This document shows, piece after piece, positions 42,927 to 52,799 of a DNA stretch of 64,000 nucleotides. The notes beneath the pieces were generated by a model that worked only from the letters and a program-made list of their open reading frames with translations, did not search any database and was not told where the DNA came from. Position 1 is the first letter of the stretch, and each line of letters begins with the position of its first letter. This DNA is from Eledone cirrhosa. Lineage: Eukaryota. Where the stretch lies: contig OZ024740.1 in NCBI GenBank assembly GCA_964016885.1, forward strand, positions 91,946,001 to 92,010,000, written 5' to 3'. Made by a program: the position numbers and the translations under genes.

Positions 42927-45097
42927 GTTTCGTTGACAAGTATATCAATGTGCACAGACACGCAGATATATTACCCTTGGTATGATAGTGTGGTTTTAGC
43001 TGAATGTAGGATAACTAGTATACTACAGAGCCCTTATAAGTTTAGGAATAACCAAAGAGTGCTTCGAAATACATTGTTTTATTTGTTAACAGTGTTTCAT
43101 CCATACGCTATGACAGGAATCACCAGAGCTTATAAACAGTAATATATCAAATGTTGCAGGCTCCATCCAGCTCAGTCACCAGAACAAGGATAAAGGACAA
43201 GTAGGGGGATCCCAAGGCCAGTGCTATATAGAAAAACACACAATACATTACGCATATAATGTCATAAAAAATTAGATCAAAAGTTTATCATATAAATATT
43301 GTAATAGATCATAAGGAGTTTCAGAGAGGATAGCAAGAAAGGAGTGATGGTGCTACTCAGCATGATAAAAAAAAACAAAAAAACGAAACAATGCATAGAC
43401 ACATCAATTCACAAGCAGTGCAAATACAGGATGTACAGGCAGAGTATGAAAGTTTGCAGCCATGAGTCAGTGAAAAGAAAAGTTGGTTAGCTGTGGTGCA
43501 GCTTTACATGTAGGATTGTCAATAGTAAGGATGGTGGACTCCAGTTATATTGCCTTGGAACAGGTCGATTTATCCATATCATTCCAACACTCTCCATCCA
43601 TTGGTTCCGGTTCCAAGCGTTAGGCGATAATATACTATGTTTCCCAAACAAATACCCAGAGGATTTCTCCACATAGGCATTCTGTAATAAATACCCTTAA
43701 TCTAAAGTAAAGTAAAGTACAATAAGGTGAAATATAGTGGAGTACATGTAGTGCCGGCACTCCAGTGAAGAAAGTGAAAATAAAACAGGTCCGCAATATC
43801 TGCTAGCTCCCAAATTCCTCACGTTGGGTCACGCAACGCAACGTCCCAAGTGAAATACACTGTATGGCCGAGTCGGCATATAACTAAAGTGCCATACCAT
43901 ATGCAAATATACCACAGTAAATGCTATTCGTGATGGCTAGTCAGTCGCGTAGACAGAAAGCGTATATAGAAAACCCCGCTTACGGAATTACCTATGTCAG
44001 AGTGGAGGAAAAGCAGATATGGTTACATTAGTAAGCGGGTTTCTTAGAGTGAGTTTAATATATATTCTACACTACTTACAAACAAAAGAAACTCACACTC
44101 ACACTAATAAGCCCGCTTATTAATGTAACCATAACTGTTTTTCGTCCACGCTGACATAGATAATTCCGTAAGCGGAGTCTTCAATATACGCTTTCTGTCT
44201 ACGCGACTGACTAGCCATCACGAATAGCATTTACTGTGGTATATTTGCATAGGGTGTGGTACTTTAGTTATATGCCGACTCGGCCATACAGTGTATTTCA
44301 CTTGGCACGTTGGGTTGCGTGACCGAACGTGAGGATTTTGGGAGATAGCAGATCTGCAGACCTGTTTTATATTCACTTTCTTCACTGGAGTCCCGGCAGT
44401 ACATGTACTCTACTTTACTTCATCTCATTGTACTTTACTTTACTTTAGATTAAGGGTGTTTATTGCAGAATGCCTACGTGGAGAAATCCTCTGCGTATAT
44501 GTTTTGGAAACATAGTATTATATCGCCTAACGCTTGGGACTGGAACCAATGGACGGAGTATGTTGGTATAATATGGAGAAATCGACCTGTTCCAAGGCGA
44601 TATAACTGGAGTCCACCATCCTTCCTATAGATAATACTACATGTAAAGCTGCAGCACAGCTAATCAACTTTTCTTTTCAATGACTCATGCTTGCAAGCTT
44701 TCATACTCTGCCTGTACATCCTGTATTTGCACTGCTTGTGAAATGATGTGTCTATGCATTGTTTTGTTTTTATTGTTTTTTTATCATGCTGAGTAACACG
44801 CTCACTCATTTCTTGCTATCCTCTCTGAAACTCCTTATGATCTATTGCAATATTTATCTGATAAAACTTTGTTGTAATTTGTTAAGGCATTATATGCGTA
44901 ATGTATTGTGTGTTTTTCTTTCTAGCTCTGGCCTTAGGACCCCCCTAATTGTCCTTTATACTTGTTCTAGTGACTGAGCTCGATGGAGCCTGCAACCTTT
45001 GATATATTTTCGTTTAAAAGCTCTGATGATACATGCTATAAGGTGTTAGCAAGTAAAACAATGTATTTCGAAGCACGTTGGTTATTCCTAAACCTAT
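42927..45097. mobile_element. Family E giant fold-back: approx. 1-kb diverged inverted arms with degenerate HHRs
   Basis: About 43035-44055 is inverted at about 44085-45097. GCT-CTGGTGA-TTCC..GGAT-GAAA-CACTG-TT on the minus strand (about 43085-43131); GCT-CTGATGA with a deletion at about 45020. About 105-nt extra left tail. Confidence 0.85.
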
Positions 45098-45099
45098 TA

Positions 45100-45151
<52 letters not shown>

Positions 45152-45155
<4 letters not shown>

Positions 45156-46925
45156 ACAATAATACGTTTGAAAACTCAAATCCAAAGAGGGCTGGATAAG
45201 GATAATTATATATCAAATATATAATAACCGTAGACCAAGTATTTATTCAAATAACAGATTAAAGTTTAAGCAAAGAATCGCTGCTTTCAGCCTTAACGGG
45301 ATCTTCTGAAACTGACAAAGTCAATCTGTAAACGGAGAAGTGAATATTTCAAAAAACATTGCAACCGGAGGAAGACAGGAAGACGATACTTTGATTCCTG
45401 GAAATGTTCCCTGGCAAAGAACGGGAAAAAATGAATATAATACCTTATTATTTGGAGCGGTGAAAAACAATTACACGCAAAGACAGAACCACGTTTATGC
45501 TATAAAAGAAGTCGTAGACAAATATTCTCTTAGGTGGTTCATAGAGACGTTCTCTGGCAATGAACGGAAAAAACGAAGATAATACGTCATATGTGGAGCG
45601 GGGAGGACAATTGCACGAAAAATAAAACCACGTTTATGGTATTACTGAAGTCGTAGACTAAAATTCTAACTAGGAAACCGAATGATTCTCCACTTCAGAG
45701 TTAAGAATAAAGTATATAAAATACAGAGGTAATTGAAATTAAATAAATACATACACGCATCCAAATACGTACATACATAAGCAAACGCGAAAACACTCGC
45801 CATATGTATACAAATACACGCAGATGTAAATGTGTGTGTGTGTGTGCGTGTGTATACAAATAATTAAATAAACGTATATAAATAAATAAATACGTATATA
45901 ACAAGCGCACACACATACCTACATGTAGATACACAAATGTTCGGAGACATACGTCAACCAAAACACGAAGTACACATATACACACACCCTACATACGTAC
46001 GAATCCGCATACTCGCAAAACTCACGTATACACATAACCAAAAGCATATGTTCCAGTATATATAAAATATACGCCATAAGATATACAATCAAATTTACGT
46101 ACGAGAAAGTATAGATCGTACTATCCGTTAGGGTATAATGTGGGGCTGTAATACAGGAAAGCGTTGTGCAATTTATGTTTACAAGCGGAAATTGCCTCAG
46201 ATTTTGTGTTTAAGATGTGGTCTGTGGCGTAGAGTATTTCCAGGGGCTCAGCGGCGCAGAGGTCACATGGTATTTTATATATATACGTATTTATTTATTT
46301 ATATACGTTTATTAAATTATATACACGCAAACACACACACACACATATTTATTGTGCGTGTATTTGTATACCTATGGCGAGTGCTTTCGCGTATGCTTGT
46401 GTATGTACGTATTTGGATGCGTGTATGTATTTATTTAATTTCAGTTACCTCTGTATTTTATTTACTTTATTCTTAACTCTGAAGTGGAGAATCATTCGGT
46501 TTCCTAGTTAGAATTTTAGTCTACGACTTCGGTTATACCATTTGCGTGGCTTTGTCTTTACGTGCAATTGTTCTCCACGCTCCACATATGACGTATTATC
46601 TTCGTTTTTTCCGCTCATTGCCAGAGAACGTCTCTATAAACCACTTAAGAAAATATTGGTCTACGACTTCTTTTATAAAATAAACCTGGTTCTGTCTTTG
46701 CGTGTAATTGTTTTTCACCGCACCAAATAATAAGGTATCATATTCGTTTGTTCCCGTTATTTGCCAGGGAACGTTTCCACGAACGAAAGTATCATCTCCC
46801 TGTCTTCCTACGTTGCAATGTTTTTTGAAATATTCACTTCTGCGTTTACATATTGAATTTGTCAGTTTCAGAAGATCCCGTTAAGGGTGAAAGCAGCGAT
46901 TCTTTGCTTAAACTTTAATCTGTTA

Positions 46926-46930
<5 letters not shown>
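45152..46930. mobile_element. Family F fold-back: approx. 650-bp arms, approx. 380-nt spacer
   Basis: 45249-45900 is inverted at 46281-46930; HHR in both arms (45263-45313 - and 46864-46914 +); about 95-nt extra left tail. Confidence 0.85.
46864..46914 (+). ncRNA. Type I hammerhead-like motif, U4A core (family F)
   Basis: AGTTT-CAGAAGA-TCCC gttaa GGGT-GAAA-GCAG cgattct TTGC-TT-AAACT: CUU triplet. Confidence 0.7.
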
Positions 46931-46958
<28 letters not shown>

Positions 46959-46961
<3 letters not shown>

Positions 46962-47374
46962 GGAGGTGAGTTTTATTGTAGTACAATAAAGCAATGCAGA
47001 TATCGGATAAGAAGCACTCTACAGTTTGTGGGACTGGAGTATGCATAATATAAGATCAAAAGATTGTTAAAGGAGTTCAATATATTTTATTATGCGCATT
47101 TCAAAAACAAACATCATCAAACAATAATATTTGTGTTTTCATCAGATAAAACAGGAGAACATGATATGAAGGCTAAAAAAACACTTGTTGATAGTGCAGT
47201 TTTAAATCAACATATGTTGATTTAAAACTGCACTATCAACAAGTGTTTTTTTAGCCTTCATATCATGTTCTCCTGTTTTATCTGATGAAAACACAAATAT
47301 TATTGTTTGATGATGTTTGTTTTTGAAATGCGCATAATAAAATATATTGAACTCCTTTAACCATCTTTTGATCT

Positions 47375-47382
<8 letters not shown>
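46959..47382. mobile_element. Family G spacer-less palindrome (approx. 168-bp arms) plus approx. 85-nt tail
   Basis: Symmetry centre 47213/47214 (CAT|ATG); only one mismatch seen; HHR in both arms. Confidence 0.9.
47274..47344 (+). ncRNA. Type I hammerhead ribozyme, canonical core, palindromic stem III (family G; mirror copy 47083-47153 -)
   Basis: TGTTTTAT-CTGATGA-long stem II-GAAA-TGCGCA-TA-ATAAAATA; stem I is almost identical to that of the Naiad HHR. Confidence 0.85.
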
Positions 47383-47412
<30 letters not shown>

Positions 47413-47415
<3 letters not shown>

Positions 47416-47595
47416 AACGCGTAGGACCCAACGACCTGTGCTAAAGCCGTTTCGACGGCTTATTCAGAATTAGCCGTCGAAACGGCTTGAGCTCAGCCGT
47501 CGGGTCTACTCGTTCCTATTACCCACTCTACTACCCTAAGTATTGAGTACTTTGGTGCGTTATGGTCCACCTGGTTCCTGACCACATTTCCTTCG

Positions 47596-47597
<2 letters not shown>
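47413..47597 (+). mobile_element. Family H mini fold-back
   Basis: AGCCGTTTCGACGGCT..AGCCGTCGAAACGGCT hairpin; GAAA-CGGC...GCCG-TC stem III; shared tail. Confidence 0.75.
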
Positions 47598-47667
<70 letters not shown>

Positions 47668-48030
47668 TCACACTTGCAATTACATAATTCCTGGAAATAT
47701 ATACTATAGTTAGAAACAGATGTGCAGTAAAAATAGAAAACCACAAAAATAGACGTTAATTACAGGCGCAGATTTCCTTGCGCAGTAAAAATGTTGATCG
47801 AACTAAGGTCTTGATGAACAAAATTATATATCGTGTATACATCTGGAAAGAGTGTATAATTTAAAGATAAATTGGCAAGTAATTCTTATGTTATCACGTC
47901 GGTTGGCACCAGACTGTTAATGTTAATTAAATTATTCACCACACTAGTATTTGTGATAAAGATTAGAAGTAAACAGTATTATACGTTATCATTGTCAATG
48001 CATAGTGGAAAGGAGGTTTTAAAAACTAAC

Positions 48031-48066
<36 letters not shown>

Positions 48067-48067
48067 A

Positions 48068-48250
48068 TTATTTCTAATTTTGGCACAAGGCCAGCAATTA
48101 ACCAGTACATTACTGGTACTTTATTTATCGACCTCATAAGGATGAAAGGCAAAGTTAACCTCGACGGGATTTGAACTCAGACCGCAAAGGGACGTAACTA
48201 TGCTGGAAAGCATGGCGTCCGACCCTCTACCCATACTGCCAATTCACCGA
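48068..48250 (-). mobile_element. tRNA-derived SINE
   Basis: Reverse complement of the 38703 copy. Confidence 0.85.
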
Positions 48251-48257
48251 TAATAAT

Positions 48258-48771
48258 AATAAATATAATCTGAGTTTTTTTAAATATTAATAATAACATT
48301 CGATTCGTTTACAATTATGCAATGTTATAGCCATAACAGTAGAATGAACCCTTCATTCTTGCTCACTGTTCATCTGCCAAACTGTCAGAGCCAGTGAAAA
48401 TATATGCTGTCAGAGCTAGTCAGTACTAGTGAAAAACTGACTGGCTAGTCGGCTGATATGCAAATCTGGCTGATCAGCCAGTCGGCTAATATGCAAATCA
48501 GGTCGATCAGTCACTATGTATTTTTGAAAATAGCCTATATTTTTACTAGCTCTGACAGTTTGGTAGGTGAACAGTGAGCTGTACCGATGATGGGTGATAC
48601 CCAGAAACATTAGTGTCTGCAGTTCTGTTCAGATGCCAACACAGGAGCAAGAATGAAGGGTTCATTCTGCAATGTAGGCTTGCTTGCATAATTACAAACG
48701 AATCAAATGATATTATTAATATTCGAAAAGCTCAGATTACATTTATTGTATTCAGCCATGAAGAGCGAATA

Positions 48772-48775
<4 letters not shown>
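48258..48775. mobile_element. Family I fold-back; HHR present only in the right arm
   Basis: 48258-48405 is inverted at about 48535-48748; the left arm lacks about 48579-48648. Confidence 0.8.
48568..48631 (+). ncRNA. Type I hammerhead ribozyme, U4C core, extended stem I (family I)
   Basis: TGAACAG.GAGCTGTA-CCGATGA-TGGGT gat ACCCA-GAAA-CA ttag TG-TC-TGCAGTTC-TGTTCA. Confidence 0.85.
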
Positions 48776-48830
<55 letters not shown>

Positions 48831-48833
<3 letters not shown>

Positions 48834-49460
48834 AATGCATATTTGAAAGGGATGAACACTGCTACAAATATATATGTGGTCGAATTGCAAATGACCAAGT
48901 TAGCTAGGTTGACAAATAGTAATTTAAAATAATATGGTTTGCCTGTCTCAATTTAAAATAATAAATCAATAAAACTAACAAACCGATATTGGCAATGGCC
49001 GTGATACCCGGACAAATTCTAAATTTGTTTCGCAACAATTAAGTGAAAGTTACTATTCCTGTGCTCTTCTGCGGGTATCCAGGATCTTCGTACCTTTCAC
49101 TTCAAAATACTTAAGAAGACTGAGAAACATTTGCTGTTGAACGCACATGTGTCACAGCGCCTAACTCGTGGCATACTCGTTCCGCTAAAACTAGCAGCCG
49201 GTTTTATGGGACTAAAATTAGCTCTACGTATGGCGCCTAGAATATCATATATTGAGTTATAAACTCGAAATAGTCTATTATTTTCAATTAGCATCTTTCA
49301 ACCTAGCTAACTTGGTCATTTGAAATTCGAACACATGTATATTTGTATCAGTGTTCATCCCTCTCATATATTCATTTGTATTACACGGCTCGGAAATATT
49401 CCCTTCTTTCAGCTATTTAATTGTAAAAGACTATTTCGCGTTTATAACTCAATATATGAT
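48831..49460. mobile_element. Family J non-coding HHR element (approx. 490-nt circularly permuted unit) with an inverted second arm
   Basis: 48831-48912 is inverted at 49298-49380; 49241-49276 is inverted at 49428-49462; HHR on the minus strand. Confidence 0.8.
49003..49079 (-). ncRNA. Type I hammerhead ribozyme, U4A core, long stems (family J)
   Basis: GATACCCG-CAGAAGA-GCA....TGC-GAAA-CAAATT tag AATTTG-TC-CGGGTATC: 8-bp stem I, 7-bp stem III, GUC triplet. Confidence 0.85.
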
Positions 49461-49475
49461 ATATATGTATATATA

Positions 49476-50064
49476 TTTCCTTTCTGAATTTGTTTGGCAA
49501 GATCCTTTATCTGAAAACGTGTGTTGAAACCGATATTATTATACTTTGGGAGGGTCATGTTGCCAATAAGAAACAAACGCACCACCAGTTTCACTTCAAT
49601 TTATTATAAATTAAACATCTTCTTAAAAAGATTTTAAATTTGTTTTAATAAATTTCCGGTTGGTCGGTGGTTTCGACAACCGGATGTTTGTTCATATATT
49701 GTCAAAGTTCTTTCGTAACACATTCTGTGACCCCTTCAGTGACTGGGGATTATTTACTTTTATGTGTGCCTTCTCTTTGTTCTGTCCTACGCCACCTTGT
49801 TTTTGTGTGTTATGTGCTTAGTTTGAAAAGGTCACAGTATGTGTGACAAAAGAACTTTGACAATATATGAACAACCGTCCGGTTGTCGAACCATGCAACC
49901 AACCGGAAATGTATACATTTTTTTGAAAAAATGTGTCAAAATATTTTGTGAGAAATGTTGTTTTTTATAATCTGAAAAAAAAAATTAATTTATAATAAAT
50001 TGGAGTGAAAATCATTGGTGCGTGTGTTTCTTATAGGCAACATGACCCTCCCAAAGTATAACAA
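49476..50064. mobile_element. Family D fold-back with degenerate HHRs
   Basis: About 49535-49735 is inverted at about 49828-50064; minus strand GTCA-CTGAAGG-GGTCAC..GTTAC-GAAA-GAAC-TT-TGAC; about 55-nt extra left tail. Confidence 0.75.
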
Positions 50065-50109
50065 TATATATATATATATACATATAATATATATATATAT
50101 ATATACATA

Positions 50110-50199
<90 letters not shown>

Positions 50200-50423
50200 A
50201 GTCGTTTGGAAGCCTCGACAATGCAAATGGGTAAATCTCCAGGTAACAAGGTCCGGTGGTGGAGAGAGAGATGTAAGTGGGTGTACGTTGAGATGCGTGG
50301 TGTGTATAACATGTGTGAGATGTGTAGAATGAAGGGAAGATTATAAAGGATAAAAATAAAAATAAAAATAAAAATACAAAATAACAACACAAGAGAGAGT
50401 TACCTTGGGGGAGATTTAATAGT

Positions 50424-50459
50424 CCCTATATATTTCGGATTCATATCCATCAACTAGGG
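50424..50459 (-). ncRNA. Degenerate minimal hammerhead in a PLE-like remnant (approx. 50197-50520)
   Basis: CCC-TAGTTGA-T-GGAT atga ATCC-GAAA-TATA-TA-GGG; the 5' core is mutated. Confidence 0.4.
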
Positions 50460-50617
50460 TTTTTTCCGGGGTGGGGGAAAAGGTTGTCTCTCAGACAACT
50501 CGGAACGCGTCTTTCTCTGTTTGTTGATATACATATATCTATTTATTTATTTATATACATACATGCGCATACACAGACGCACACACACAGTCACAACATA
50601 TATATATATATATATAA

Positions 50618-51166
50618 TACAATATGTTGAAAAGGTAACACACCAGAGAGAGATATACAATGCGCTATTAATAAAACAGGGAAAAAAACCACCAGCGTAT
50701 GGAATCTATAACCTAAGAGAGGCAGATTATAGACACGATAATTAAAAATATAAAGTAAAGCGTAAATAAATACCTCTATAACTATATAACACACGCACAA
50801 ATCCAAAGATACTAATCCAAAGATATGTTTCACCAGTAATTTGTTGAAAGAAATGGACTAGTCTCGGCTCATCAGCGTTTGTAAGGCTATCTATGGATTA
50901 GTATCTTTGGATTTGTACGTGTGTTATATAGTTATAGAGGTATTTATTTACGCTTTACTTTATATTTTTAATTATCGTGTCTATAATCTGCCTTTCATAG
51001 GTTATAGATTCCATACACTGGTGTTTCTTTCTCCCTGTTTTATTGATAGCGCACTCTATATCTCTTTCTGGTGACATATTTTACGTTAAAGAGCTCAGGA
51101 TTTCTTCTACTTTGAGCACATCATTTACAGGGAATAACGAGAGCCTATGCCTCCGTTAATTTATCA

Positions 51167-51168
<2 letters not shown>
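50618..51168. mobile_element. Family K fold-back with a degenerate HHR in the spacer
   Basis: 50641-50825 is inverted at 50888-51073; minus strand CTGATGA-GCC...GGT-GAAAC (50875-50827); tail with bulged hairpin at 51093-51117. Confidence 0.75.
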
Positions 51169-51198
<30 letters not shown>

Positions 51199-51201
<3 letters not shown>

Positions 51202-51790
51202 TGGTACGACCTTGCCTACGATACAATAAGGTTTATAGTATCTTGAAGGTTTTTGATATTTTGGTGTTTCCTCGCATCCGAGACTGTATATCATACAGAT
51301 GTATGAGAATAAATAACTTAATAATTCAGCATATATTATAAGATCAATTGCCTGCTTCAACTGCATGACCCTGCAAATATCATTCTGACGCACTCTAATC
51401 ATGTATAGATAAGACAAGCGTGCATGCTACACGGGAAATTGCCTCATGCACTGACTACTCTAAGCTTTCCTCTTGCTTTATCTTCATAGACTGCCAACGC
51501 TTCATGTTTATCTTTATTTTCACTCTTGCTTTTATTTTATTTTATTTTTATCATGTAACACTTTATTTTTTATCATGTAACACTTTATATGTAAATTGCC
51601 ATGCTATTTCATTTGATGAATGTCACCCCACTGTTGATCAATATGCACATATGTTTTATGTGTCTCTTGGGTTGAAAAGGAGGTCAAGTATGTTATAAAT
51701 AACTGCTCCGAAGAATCCAAACCTCGGTTTGGAGGAAACAATTGTAAGCAAATAAATGACTTAAACTGAACTTTGATTACTGTAATCTCT
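51199..51790 (+). mobile_element. Diverged relative of family B2 with HHR at 51704-51750
   Basis: TGCT-CCGAAGA-ATCCAAACCTCGGTTTGGAG-GAAA-CAATTG-TA-AGCA; upstream TGTCTCTTGGGTTGAAAAGGAGGTCA is shared with B2; (TA)n flanks. Confidence 0.8.
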
Positions 51791-52530
51791 ATATATATAT
51801 ATGTACGTAATGTATATATGTATATAATTGTGTATGCATACATGTTTGTGCGATTTGTTCTCTTCCACAAACTGCAATTGTGCAGTATATATCATTTCCT
51901 AGGAAGAAATACGTTCTAAGCAGGTTATCCCTTTTTAGAGAAATGGCTAAATCACTCGATTTTTATTCGTTTTCCGTCACAAATTTTTGAAATATATGAA
52001 TAGCGGTAGTAGGGCAAAAACTGATGAACTGATATATAGGATTGAATAGGCGGCTGATTGCATTACTGGTTTTGAAGGTGTGACAAAGTTTCCGTCCAAT
52101 TAGCTAGCGCCAATATACGTAAGTAAACGAACTATTTTTTTTTATCAATGCTCTTGGTACTTGTTCAGAACTTAGCTCATTGAGTGAGTAAATGTCAGGA
52201 AACGGGACTATTATTGAGAGAGAATAATAGCAGGTATATATTATAAAAAAGGTAATATGTTCCGAGTGCTTACAAATGTCTCAACAGTAGTTAACAGCCT
52301 AGTCATTCTATGTGCAAATTGGTAATTATTTCTAATTATTTGCAGAAACTCAATTTTCAAATGCTGCTTCTAACATTTCCTCAGAGCAGAATGGTTAACA
52401 TGTAAATACCTTTGTATTTCTTAAAGGAAGTTATTGGGGAAGATAGAGTAGAAAAGGAAAATAGAACGAAGGGGAGAGAGAGAGAGAGGGAGAGAGATAC
52501 AGAGAGAAAAAGAGAGAGAGAGAGAGAGAA

Positions 52531-52591
<61 letters not shown>

Positions 52592-52799
52592 TAGGTTTGG
52601 AGAAATGGGAGAGAGTGGTTTGAAGAATACAGATAGCTTAATCAAAATGTTGTGTTAGGGCTTTTTTTATATTATTATGTTGTCTCATGTAATAAATTGT
52701 TTCTCGAATTCGTTATTGCTTCGTTCTTTAGCCGAACCTGTATTTCCCCGTGATCTCACATGCAACATATCTTTCGTACTTTCAGATTATCGTCCAATT

